DNA of 56,301 nucleotides, counting the filler, from Catajapyx aquilonaris (Eukaryota): assembly GCA_000934665.2 (NCBI GenBank). It is 3 parts of 3 records of this genome, joined end to end, with 100 filler letters (N's around TTAATTAATTAA, not from the genome) between each part and the next. Parts side by side here need not be neighbours in the genome. Positions count along the whole stretch, not along the records: positions 18,925 to 37,567 come from JYFJ02006645.1; positions 37,668 to 56,301 come from JYFJ02006646.1; 1 more part is not named here. The stretch is one strand, 5' to 3'. Position 1 is the stretch's first letter. Each line of letters begins with the position of its first letter. Below the pieces are notes generated by a model. The model made no database searches. It saw only the letters and a list, made by a program, of their open reading frames with translations, and was not told where the DNA came from. Position numbers and translations under genes: made by a program. This document shows, piece by piece, positions 29,169 to 43,591 of the stretch.

Positions 29169-31934
29169 TCACTTGTCAGTCCCCTCCACTCCAGCCTGGG
29201 TCATGAGGTCAGCTATGTTTTTTTCCAGGTCGTCAATGCGATTGCCCATATCATCAAGTGGTCCGTGTTAAGGAATATAGTTTTAAATTGCTGGCACATA
29301 ACACACCAATCACTCAATAAAACTGGCATACATACATAACATCTATAAAACTTATTATTATTAAATCATGTTCTTACTAAGTTATGTTAACAATGCAGCC
29401 ACAATTAGTCTGATTATGCAACTACTTGGGTAAGTTTTTGTTTGAGCACTTGCAAAAGTCACAAGTGGGTGAGATTTACACAACAGGATGCCAGAGTTGG
29501 GGTATGTCATAAATATGCAAACACAAGACAACCTATTTAATAGAATTTTTTATAAAGAATAGGCACAAACACTGAATTTATATGACAATTTTTCTAAGTT
29601 GCATCTGCAAGGTTTTTTGAGACACTTTTCATGTGTCTGATGCATATTATTTTTAAAATATTAACATTTTTACAGATGAGCGTCTCTAGAATAATTATCT
29701 GATAAGAAGAAAAAAGCTCAAGTCACTGCGACCAGGAGTCCCTGCATCTGCATGACTGGAATAGTGCCACCTCCGATTACATTGATTGGCTGCTCTGGCA
29801 TGCATAGAATTCTGGCAAGTGTGGCTTCATCCACTAGTGCCATGTTACTCTTTAAAGTACATTTTCACATGAAACTGGCATCAAAATCATCATTGATGGT
29901 CATCAGGGAATACAGGCTGTTCAGGTGGGAAAAACAGCAATCCCTTAAATCTTAAATGCCAGGCAAACAAGGCTGAGCAGTTGCTTAGTTACAACAGCCC
30001 AGTTTGAGAAGGTTTTTCCTCTCAAGGGAGACTATTATGACCAGATCTTTCGCCCAGATGAGAAATGTTTGAAGTGCCGTACTCTGCTTTGTCTACCTAC
30101 TCTCCGATTCACATAACCTTTTTGGATATCTGTATGCCCGAGGGGTTGGTGAGCTGCGCCAAAAGCCCCGGTATCTCTGGCTTTCTCGAAGAAACAGTGT
30201 TGGTACATGTAATTCGAATGCCTAATTATCATGGGCAGCCCATGCGGTAGCTACAGAGCTACACAAACTGCACGTTTTGTTGTGAGGAGTGGTAGCCCTC
30301 GGCATGGTGGGCACTACTTTCGGGCGTATGGATATCCAAAACGGTTCACTCTCTATGTGAGTCTGAGAGTAACATGCAGCACTTTTCAAGGCCCGCACTT
30401 CCAGTCAAAATGACAGTGACCAGCGTTAAAGTGCAAAAAAAAATTGTGGCACTCTGTGACAAAATAAACATTTTAAAAACTATTTAAAAATCGGGTTGCC
30501 TTTTTAAAACAGCAACAAAGTTTTCTCTTTCATTTTTCCTGGATTGCAAGCCATTCCAATATTTAAAAAATTGCCAAAAAAATTATGTGATGAAAGCATC
30601 TCTCTTTGGTACACCTACACCACACGAATGGGATAGCCTAAAGGGGAAGCAAGAGGAGACTGCGGGGATTCGGTGGGCTTTTCCAACTTGTCAGCCCTCC
30701 TCCCCACCTCCCCAGTCCCTATGTTTACCATGAAGATAAGTCAAGTAGACAGATGGGGAGTTTTTTTTTTTACATAGATGTGGGGTATTCCAGGTTCCTT
30801 TTGTCTGTCAATTCCACTTCAAAACCCCAGAAAACCCATGCAGTCTTTTCCTGTATGGCCTATACAATTCTGGCAATTTATGACAAATTTCATTTTCTGA
30901 CAAGAAGTACAGTCACGAGCATAAAGTCGGAGACGCTGCAGGCCTTCTCTGACCTTATATTATCCCACTCAAATTAATGGACTCTTTTTGGACCAGTTAG
31001 CTGCTTTAGGCGTGTGTTCGTGCATTTATAATTGTATATTTGATACCGTAATGGCGGGGATTGGCAGAGCACCCTGCCGAAAGGGAGGGCCTGCCGTCTC
31101 CAACTTTATGCTTGGGACTGCACATGCATGAATCATGAAAGAAACTTGTGAAAAGAAAATATCCTGAGAATGCCTTCGAACATTTCAGTCAGGTTGGTCC
31201 CTGGCCTCATGATAACCATATTGCAAGTGGTTTTGTCTGAAAGGTTACCTACAACATGCCAGCCTAGATCAGTCAAAATGATCCGTGCCACATAAGTGTA
31301 CCTAATAAATATTATGTGAACCTGATTACCACATTCAATGCAGCTTTACCATGCCCTGCATCAACAACATATTAGAATCATTAGTTGCATTATGCACAAC
31401 AGTAGCCACAAGAGACTACACCACAGGTCCACCTGTAGCCGTATGCAATATTGGTTTTTAAAAATCTCTAGGCCTACGGCAGTGGTTGTTTTAGGTTTAA
31501 CGATGGCTATTAAATGATTAACCTCCCGCATCCACTACCTCACTTGGTGTTGTGCTCTAAGAAGCTGACATTCAACTCCCTCCCCCAAAACAGCACACCA
31601 CAAGCAAAAAAGGATATTTCTTGATATGATCTGATCCGACATGGTCTGGAACTTCTCCTGCATCTGCTGAAGCAGTGTCTGCACCTGCAAAGGAAAGGCA
31701 ATGATATACCTCCTTCAGCGCAGAGCCACTCGGGCCATTCAACCTCATCCAGCTTACATATTGCATCAACTCCTGCACGTTCTTTGGGTCCTGCGGCAGG
31801 GCTGCAAGGGCCCCGCTCGTGACGACCTGCCCCTGCTGCTGTTGCCCCGGGGCGGCCCCGACTGGCACCCCCACCCCGAGCCCATCCTCGCCCCCGCTCA
31901 TGTCGTCCACCTTCACCTTACTCCCGTCGGACAT
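29169..31934 (-). CDS. HSBP1: Heat shock factor-binding protein 1, 3 exons, 110 aa
   Basis: Exons 31934-31758, 31684-31618 and 29257-29169 give ...[62 protein letters not shown], the HSBP1 coiled-coil. Intron 1 is GT-AG, intron 2 is AT-AC. Confidence 0.95.
29258..31617 (-). other. U12-type (minor spliceosome) AT-AC intron, 2360 nt
   Basis: 5' splice site ATATCCTTT, branch point TTCCTTAAC (29275-29267), 3' end CAC. Splicing restores the ATT Ile codon in SRIDDM. Confidence 0.93.
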
Positions 31935-32874
31935 CCCTCGCTGTCTCCTTACCCTCTGCTGCAGCCCCTGTCTCCGTCCCCAGTCCCACCCAGGCCAGCC
32001 AGGCAGGTAGGTCCTAGCACGAAGTCCTTTTCTTCGTGTGCGGAGTGCGGAGGAGAGGAGGCCAACACTTCCTTTGTCAGTGCCAGGAGGATCGGGCTCT
32101 CCCTATGGACCCTATCGGAGTATCGGATTCGGTCGGACTACTCGCCACTCGGACAGGCACTCAGGCAGCGATGCTCGTTCTGGGCACCGGATCACAATGA
32201 TTGGCCCGCTCTGTGCGGACTGTGGGCAGCCATCTTGTGACTCGAGCCACTCACGATGGGTCAGGTGACGGTCACGTGGTGAAAGCAGGCCGGGAAGTAC
32301 GATTAATAGTCCGGACGTTAAGGGACGAATCATGCTAAAAGGGAATCATGCCCCCCGCAAGAGGGAGAGGGTACGGAAGGGACAGACCGGAATACGGTGT
32401 TGCCCAGTACAAATATTGGAACAGTGTCGTGTTGTCTTAAGCCACGGTTATTACAATTTCTTATACAATTACGGCAACGTTTCCTGACCCTTCCGAACCC
32501 TTTTGCGGATTAAGTGTCACGGCCCAGCCAACAGATCGGCTCCAAATTTCTTGGGTTTCCGATCGTAAACTCGTCTTGTCACCGAATAGTCTTCTATGAG
32601 TCAGCGAGTGACTTTCTCCAATAATATTGGGCCATGCCCATGTGTCAATCATTCTGGCGTCAGAAGGGGGACTAGGAAGGTGGTGGGTTTGCTTCTCTTC
32701 AGTTGACACTTGACAGTACTTCTTGGACCAAGTGATGTTGACAGCAGTTCACGTGTGCCCTGCTCTGACGATGACTGGCCACAGATGTCCGCTGTTAAAG
32801 GTAGTGCCCTCCATTCTACGACTTACAGGTTTTGTAACCCTGAAGAGTTAACTCATTGTTGTCGTTGGAATTTA

Positions 32875-34500
32875 CCAATTTCCAGATGCGCGCCTGTCGC
32901 GGCCAAATTTGGCCTGCCCATCAAGATGGCGGCGAAATGCTAGGAGAGGCGGGACTTTCCTATCCCTGCCCATGTTAAATGGCCTCTCCTAGCTCACGTC
33001 TGGGGGTATGGCCCCGGGGCAGATCTTGTTGGCATATTTTTTTCTGGAGTGAGGAGGTTCCTGGCCTGCCCTCACCAGGTTCCAAAAGTTAATTGGCCCC
33101 CGGGTGGACTGCCCCCGGAGTGATTTTGTGAATGGTGATTACGCTTTTCTCATAGCCTATACGGACTCCGATTGTCCGCGTCTGGGGGTCTGGCCCCGGG
33201 GCAGACCTTGGTGAGATATTTTTTTTTGAAGTGAAGGTAGGTTCCCGCCCTCGGGTTTCAAAACTTTATTGGCCCCGTGGCGGACTGCCCCCGGAGTGAT
33301 TTCGTGAGCGTGCGAGTTTCTCAATACTAATCCGGTCGCTTTGTTGTCCGCGTCTTATGGCTTGGCCCCGGGGCAGATCTTGCTGGTAATTTTTTTTTAG
33401 TGACCAAAGACCGGACCTTCCCTTACCCGGTGCCTGAGTGAATCGGCCCCGAGGCGAACTGCCCCCGGAGTTATTTTGTGAGCGGTGACCGTGCTTTTCT
33501 CATATATATATATCCGCCCTCTTATTGTCCGCGTTTGGTCGTTTGGCCCCGGGCAGATCTTGCTGAGATTTTTTTTTTAATGGTTCCACTAATTTCATAA
33601 ATTACAGCGTCACATTTTAGACTCCCAGCATAACAAAACTGCTGTAAAAATATGCACGGATATACGGTAGATATAGGCTACGTATAACCACATTTACATT
33701 TTACAAGAAAATGAAATGACACATTTAAAAAAAATAATGAGCAAGCTACAAATTTACACACACATAGTCAAAAGGGAGGTCCATTATCAAAAGGGTTCAT
33801 GCTCAACAACATCTGCCCCGGGGCCAAACCACCAAACGCGGACAATAAGAGGGCGGATATATAATAATGAGAAAAGCACGGTCACCGCTCACAAAATAAC
33901 TCTGGGGGCAGTTCGCCTCGGGGCCGATTCACTCAGGCACCGGGTAAGGGAAGGTCCGGTCTCTGGTCACTCAAAAAAATTACCAGCAAGATCTGCCCCG
34001 GGGCCAAGCCATAATACGCGGACAACAAAGCGACCGGATTAGTATTGAGAAACTCGCACGCTCACGAAATCACTCCGGGGGCAGTCCGACACGGGGCCAA
34101 TAAAGTTTTGGAACCCGAGGGCGGGAACCTCTTCACTTCAAAAAAAAAAAATCTCACCAAGGTCTGCCCCGGGGCCAGACCCCCAGACGCGGACAATCGG
34201 AGTCCGTATATATGAGAAAAGCGCTGATCACCATTCACAAAATCACTCCGGGGGCAGTCCACCCGGGGGCCAATTAACGTTTGGAACCTGGTGAGGGCAG
34301 GCCAGGAACCTCCTCACTCCAAACAAAAGTATGGCAACAATATCTGCCCCGGGGCCAGACCCCCAGACGCGAGCAAGCAGAGGCCATTTAACATGGGCAG
34401 GGATAGGAAAGTCCCGCCCGTGGTCCTGCCTCTGCTAGCATTTCGCCGCCATCTTGATGGGCAGGCCAAAGGCCGCGAGAGGCGCGCATCTGGAAATTGG
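32875..34500. mobile_element. Foldback-type non-autonomous DNA element with about 690-bp inverted arms
   Basis: 32875-33567 is the reverse complement of about 33802-34500 with scattered differences. Each arm holds about three 180-bp subrepeats (GGCCCCGGGGCAGA...GCCCCCGGAGTGATTT). AT-rich spacer of about 235 bp; no clear target-site duplication. Confidence 0.85.
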
Positions 34501-34519
34501 TCAATTGAGCGAGGAATCA

Positions 34520-34680
34520 CATTTTGGAAAAGTGGTCATGCAGTCTCCTTGTTGTTGCCAGACGTCTCCAAGGCGCGGGTCACCTCCTTATGCAGGCGAA
34601 AGGGAACTCCCGGGCGGGGTTCGAACCCGGGACCTTTCGCACAGCAAGCCGAGACATTACTTTCTCGGCCACGACGTCTC
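34520..34680 (-). mobile_element. tRNA-derived SINE
   Basis: Minus strand: A-box-like TGGCCGAG and B-box GGTTCGAACCC at tRNA spacing, followed by a non-tRNA body. 3' boundary approximate. Confidence 0.7.
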
Positions 34681-34892
34681 CCAATATTATTGCTATATCT
34701 TTGTAACAACCTCTATACACCGTCACACCGTGGTTACAACTGGTAATTATGAGGAGCACATCATGGGGTTGGAAATCTCATTCACACAAATTAATTCAAT
34801 TGCATAAAATGTACGGTCCATTGGCAAAATTCGTGATTTAAATGTTTCTTTTTCTCCAATCAGGTTGTAATATCACTAGCACAAATGGCCGT

Positions 34893-34950
34893 CGGATGGA
34901 TTAATGGATGGATGGATGCATGGATGGATACATGGATGGATGGATGGATC
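34893..34950. repeat. Imperfect (GGAT)n microsatellite
   Basis: Repeated GGAT/TGGA units read directly. Confidence 0.85.
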
Positions 34951-35513
34951 CAACACAGATGGGAGGTAATATTATCATGGATTACTCACTAAATTGTTAT
35001 TGCAGGGGGTATAAAACTGCATTGATGGCAGCTACACCTTTTCTGGAATGTTTAATGTAAATTCACAATTACGTAAGTACAGTATTGATTTTGCCGTGCC
35101 TGCCAGATGCATTGTAAATTACAGAAATGCATGTAATTTGTAATTCAATAACGCATCAATGCGTGGAGTTTTATTTTTTTTAAATTTTTTTTCATTACCC
35201 CACGGGGGGAGTTATCTACTCCTTAGGGGGATTATTTTTTATTTTATTACCCCGTAACAGGGCGCCCCCCTTTAGGGAGGGACAATGCGTGGAGTTCACA
35301 ATCATTTTCCAATACAGTTGAACAACAACATTTGGAAATTGAGGCTACTAAATTTCCAAATATTTTGTATTATCCGAAAACATCTAAAGAATTATGATGC
35401 GCATCCAGGCATGACTGTACTGCAGGCTACTCATTGTTACGAAATGGACAGATTTGAAAATTTGAGAAAATAATTGCACTGTAACAGGACTGACAGAAAC
35501 TTCCTACTTATAG

Positions 35514-36784
35514 GGTGTTCACGACCCATTCTTCGCACTGCCCGACGAGCTTTTTCTCCGCATATTTTCTTACCTGACCCCAGACGACCTGCTGAAGAGT
35601 GTCCCGTTGGTGTCCAAAAGATGGGCCACTCTGTCGCGCGATAAAACCCTCTCAACACGGCTACGCATTGACCTGATGAAGATGGACGTCCAAGAAGCAC
35701 TCGGACTGATACGGAGGACCACAAAGTTGCGCAGTTTGACCCTGGTCGGCTACACTGACGTTCTGGGTCAGGTGCGATGACATTCTGAACTCCGTGTCCA
35801 AGTTGGACACCCTGAAGTTGAGGGTAGTCGAAGTGGAGAAGACCAGCACGCTCTCAGGACTGGTGCAGCGATGTGGCCACTTTAGAGACGTACATATCTA
35901 CAAGTGTCGGCTTCCAGCTGACCTTCCTCACCTACTAGACATTCTTGCTCCCTGCGACCACCTGGAGAGATTATCCCTGATGGGCAATCGATCAGCCAAA
36001 CTGCTGAACGTAAACCTAGTACGTCGCTGGACACGCCTCCAGAGGGTGACTCTCGACTTCCGTAACCGCCCTGCCGACAATGAACTCGACCTGTTGGCCT
36101 CCACTTCCTCGGGACACTGCGTCATCTTTCCATTTGCCTTCAGCAACCAGGGTCCATCCTTCTCCTAGGCAAGTTCCAGAAGCTGGAGTCCCTGGACCTT
36201 CGCCACTGCAGAATCACCGACCACGGTCTCCAGCAAGGTCTTGGCCAGCTGACCAACCTCCGTCACCTCTCTCTGCAAGGCTCCAGGACGCTGACCTCTC
36301 CAGCGATCCAAGCCTTCTTCTCCAGGCCACATATCCGGTTGAAAAGTCTGAAACTCGACGAACTCTTCCACCTGGACGACTCCTGCCTGGAAGCCATCTC
36401 TAGGTGCGCGTCGCTTCGTGATGTGGTACTGATCCATTGTAACCGAATCACTTTTTTTTTGGACTGATCAGGTTGCATGAAAAGGCCATCAGAGTCAACG
36501 CATTATTACTGTCCCGCCAGGAAGTAGAGCTGTCCGAGAAAATAAGCCGTAACATACAACTGTTTTTCACATCATATTACGGGGTTGAGATGATTCACTT
36601 GCTGGTTGCGTTTGGGGTTGTCATGATTCCCTGGCTGTTTGTGTTTAGGCTTGTCCAGATTTTAACGCTTACCACCATGTTTAATATTATTATTGTACTA
36701 CTACTTGATGTACTACTACAATATGTATTTACCGGGCAGTATAATAATTGCTTTCTTGCAGGAGTGTACGGGGTTTTAATTTAA
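35514..36784 (+). pseudogene. F-box/leucine-rich-repeat (FBXL-like) gene with three frameshifts (pseudogene or assembly indels)
   Basis: After acceptor cttatag at 35513: FALPDELFLRIFSYLTPDDLLKSVPLVSKRWATL (F-box motif). LRR-like units follow (LRSLTL, LERLSLMGN, LQRVTL, LRHLSI, LESLDLRHCRITDHGL, LRHLSLQGS, LKSLKL, LRDVVLIHCNRIT), with frame changes near 35765, 36110 and 36455. Start exon not identified; 3' end approximate. Confidence 0.8.
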
Positions 36785-37567
36785 AAGGTTTGCAGAGTTC
36801 ATCTGTGCCATTCTGCATTCGGGGAATCGTTTAATGAATCTGGACATTTTGAGTAACTGCAAAGAGTCCAGTATTCATCATTATTTTATGTCAAGTTGTT
36901 GTTTAGTGTGACAGGAAATAAAAAGATTCCTCTAACGTGATCGTCATTGTTTTTGTTACCACCTCATTTTATCAGCATAATGGGGAAGTAGCCTTCATTT
37001 TGGAAACTACATAATAAATTCGCCCATATTTTTTGGATTTTTTTTGGCATATTCCATTTTAAGATATCAGTTTCAGTTCCGGAGTAATTGGGGTTTTTAT
37101 GTAGGGAAATGGTGACGTCACTGTTTCCCTAGAAAATGTTGACGTCACGCGAAGTGAAATGAACGCAAAAATGGTGTTATAGAACGCGCCCCGTCATTGT
37201 CGTAAAATGCTTCGCTGTTGTTAGCAAGGCTTATTTTAACCAGGTTCCGCATTCAGAAGGGTTCCTTATGGGGCCGCTTGGCACGCTTCCGTTGCACGCC
37301 GCTAGAGGCGCTGATGCCAGCCGCGGGGGGAAACGGCCGCTCACCGAGCTATGAATATGCTTACGTTTTCATTTAATATTTGCATGCAAAAAATGTATAC
37401 GTTGAATCCGGATATAACATCCTCGGCTACAACCGATCCTTGGTTATAGCAGACTGGTCCCACCATACTCACGTACTCTATGACCTGTGTATTTAGCTAC
37501 AACAGACTCGGTTTATTACAGCAGACTGATTATATTTGCGCGGTTTTTTGATATCCGAGTCTTATGT

Positions 37568-37667
37568 NNNNNNNNNNNNNNNNNNNNNNNNNNNNNNNNN
37601 NNNNNNNNNNNTTAATTAATTAANNNNNNNNNNNNNNNNNNNNNNNNNNNNNNNNNNNNNNNNNNNN
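37568..37667. other. Assembly gap with artificial linker
   Basis: N44-TTAATTAATTAA-N44, same as the first gap. Confidence 0.97.
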
Positions 37668-38247
37668 AGGTCACAGGGTCATTTCGAGCAGGGAACTATA
37701 TGTGCGTTTGTCATACCTTGGTGTGGGCTACCAATGGACCGAATTTGAAGAAAATCGGCGAGGTCGGAATTTTATGATTTGACCTCTGCCCCCCTCAAAA
37801 TTGGGTCACAAGGTCATTTTGATCAGGTAACTATAGGTGCGTTTTTCATCCCTTGGTGTGGGCTACCAATGCACCGAATTTGAAAAAAATCAGGTGAGGT
37901 CGAAATTTGACCTCTGCCCCCCTCAAAATTGGGTCACGAGGTCATTTTGATCAGGTGACTATAGGTGCGCTTTTCATCCCTTGGTGTGGGCTACCAATGC
38001 ACCGAATTTCAAGAAAATCGGTGAGGTCGAAATTTTATGATTTGACCTCTGCCCCCTCAAAATTGGGTCACGAGGTCATTTTTATCAGGTAACCATAGGT
38101 GCGTTTTTAATTCCTTGGGGTGGGCTACCAATGCACCGAATTTCAAGAAAATCGGTGAGGTTGAAATTTTTTGCGTTGAAAAATGACCCAAGTTGGCAGG
38201 GCAAATCGCCGGACATCATATGATGGACGTAGGCAGCAAAGGGTTAA
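37668..38247. repeat. About 120-bp tandem repeat (about 4 copies) ending in a piggyBac-like terminus
   Basis: Unit GGGTCAC.AGGTCATTTT...CCTTGGTGTGGGCTACCAATGCACCGAATTT...GACCTCTGCCCCCTCAAAATT repeats from the gap to about 38170; AAAGGG|TTAA at 38238-38247. Confidence 0.8.
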
Positions 38248-38261
38248 CAAAAAGTGGTGAG

Positions 38262-39004
38262 ATCTCCCTCAAAAACGCACTCGTAAAAAACGCGCCAAGT
38301 CGTCTGCCGAAAAAACCTTTGAGATAGTGTCTGGGAGCCAAGCCTTGTCCACTCCGCCGTACAAAGTCGTGAGATCGTGGTGGACGCCAAGCCTTTCTTC
38401 GAGGCTATAAGCTAAGTGAGATGACTTGGCCGGACTTGGTTCACGGGCACGAGGAACAATGCGATGCGTGGTTTAATACAATAGAAAGTAAACTTTTAAC
38501 ACTCATTGGTAGAGCCATTACCCAAAAACGTGACATTCGAATGGAATATTAACTTTTAACTGTCAATGGTGGAGTAGTAACGTAACAACTCCACCTTCAA
38601 ATTACAAATACAGTTCCTTGATTCATTAGAGTAATTATAAATATACTTGGACCTCTGATTCGTATCACAGGACTACAAAATGTCATCTTCGAACCGCACA
38701 TGATTAGAACCACACATGATTACAATCGCCGTTTATTAGACTTGAAAATTGAGTCGTACAGCTAAAATTGGGTAACTTGACCAAATTCCAGCGAACTGAA
38801 CGCGTATTGTTCCTCGTGCCCGTGAACCAAGTCCGGCCAAGTCATCTCACTTAGCTTATAGCCTCGAAGAAAGGCTTGGCGTCCACCACGATCTCACGAC
38901 TTTGTACGGCGGAGTGGACAAGGCTTGGCTCCCAGACACTATCTCAAAGGTTTTTTCGGCAGACGACTTGGCGCGTTTTTTACGAGTGCGTTTTTGAGGG
39001 AGAT
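38262..39004. mobile_element. MITE/non-autonomous DNA transposon with identical 199-bp terminal inverted repeats
   Basis: 38262-38460 is the exact reverse complement of 38806-39004; 345-bp non-coding spacer; ends ATCTCCCTC...GAGGGAGAT. Confidence 0.9.
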
Positions 39005-39131
39005 ATAACTTACGCAGTCATTTCTAATGATACTGTAGTCGTGGTTCTGGTCCTGGCAACAGAACTTTAGTGTATTGTTGTCAGGTCGAGTTGTGCATTG
39101 GAAACCGTTGCTGTGGGAGCAGTGTATACAG

Positions 39132-39556
39132 CAGGGTGTATCTGAACTCAGTGCCCCGACGTATATGGCTGCCTTCCTAGCCACCAGAGGATCGATTTAA
39201 GTATAGGAGTCATATGTCTGGGCAGCCTCATTACTGAGATACACTCTTTAGCGATTTTTGCCTAATCGCTCCTTCTGACTTTTAAATAGAATTTTCTGGA
39301 GTAACTAGCCAAAGAGGCCTTACCACCTGTGGGCAACAAACCAACAAAGTCCCGCCCCCAGACCTTCCAGAGCCTTCTGACTGGGGGAGGGTTCGATGGG
39401 TGGCCTAACCGACAGGATATTTTGTACTACATGTTTGCGGCCAATTATCTCCGTAATGAGGCTGCCCAGACATAATGACTCCTATACTTAAATCGATCCT
39501 CTGGTGGCTAGGAAGGCAGTCATATACGTCGGGGCACTGAGTTCAGATACACCCTG
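39132..39556. mobile_element. Tc1/mariner-type MITE with about 110-bp TIRs
   Basis: CAGGGTGTATCTGAACTCAGTGCCCC...GGGGCACTGAGTTCAGATACACCCTG|TA; arms about 39132-39241 and 39446-39556 with a few differences. Confidence 0.85.
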
Positions 39557-40795
39557 TATATAGTGTTGGGAGTTGTTTGGGATGAGTTGTGAACGGATTG
39601 TCTGATAGAACAGACGTGTTTGACCTGAGCATGCTGGAGAATGTATATTTGAATAGCCTAGAATGCAATAATTGGCCTAAGTCAACTTTTTTGCGAAAAT
39701 GAGATTCAGGCGTGTGGAAGAGTTCCGTTAGTATCCACCCTCATGCTGATAGAATGGTATCAACCTAAGTTCATTCCTGGCTCACTAATGTGGGAAGGAA
39801 AAGTTCAATTTCGTAATGTTGACAGTTTATTTTGTACACAGTTTTTTGTGTCTCCTGAAAAGTTATGTTCTCTGGACTTAGGCCAGTTGCATTCTAGGCT
39901 ACTCATTTATATCAAAGCTGTCCGGTGCCTATTACTCATCGGGTGTTCCTCATGAGGAACACTACAATACTTAAATTAATATTTATGCCATCCAAATGAT
40001 TTTTAGTGACAGTCTTCAAAGGAGCAACAGGAGCATCATGCTTATCTGCCATTACTTAACTCCACTGTACAGTCTGATGTCTGAACAGGCAAAGCTGTCT
40101 CCTAAGCCACTTACATCCAGGGACTTATTCATTAAAATATGTGGCGATAAATTTTATTAGTGAAACATAGTCCAAATGATGGCATCGAAAGATTTAAAAT
40201 TCATTTCAGCCCTGAGTCCTAATTTTATGATATTGCAGTGTAAAAACCATCTCTTTGCATTTTTATGAGATGTTGGTACAAGATATTTTAGTCATTAAAT
40301 AGTCAACTAATGATACACAAAGCGTTGAAGGTTGCATCTGAATTTCGAGGAGAATTACGTTTTAAATATGAAAATCGAGATCCAAAATCAGTAATAACTT
40401 ACTAATACATTCAGGCCACTGCGAATATTTTATTTTCATTAATCGTTGCTATTTTTCTTGCCGCTTGTTTTAGCCTCCTTTTCACTTGTTGTTTCTACAT
40501 ATTAGCCATCATTCAGCTGTCATAATAGTGACCTCCTATTTTCGAGTCCATTCGTTCAAAAAGGTACAGAAATATGCCACAAGGACTTTTATTCAATTAC
40601 TGTACATTACATCGCACTACAAAATAATACATGCTTCTGTTGCTATCATATTATCATATTATAATATTATTGCAAGTTTATGGGAGAAGATTTTTAATTT
40701 ACGAAAACAAATAAAATTTCGTGTCTCTTTAATTCGCACAATAACACTAAAATGTAATAATTATGTCAGTATTAGCAGCGAGTTCAGGTGTCAAT

Positions 40796-43591
<2,796 letters not shown>

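Noticed and set aside
31701..32268. 179-aa and 76-aa plus-strand ORFs
   Set aside because: Antisense shadows of GC-rich HSBP1 exon 1 and promoter; no recognisable domain.
34610..34680. tRNA gene
   Set aside because: A/B boxes are present but there is no acceptor-stem pairing or terminator, and it runs into a SINE-like body.
37668..38170. CRISPR-like array
   Set aside because: Eukaryotic context, and units repeat end to end without unique spacers.
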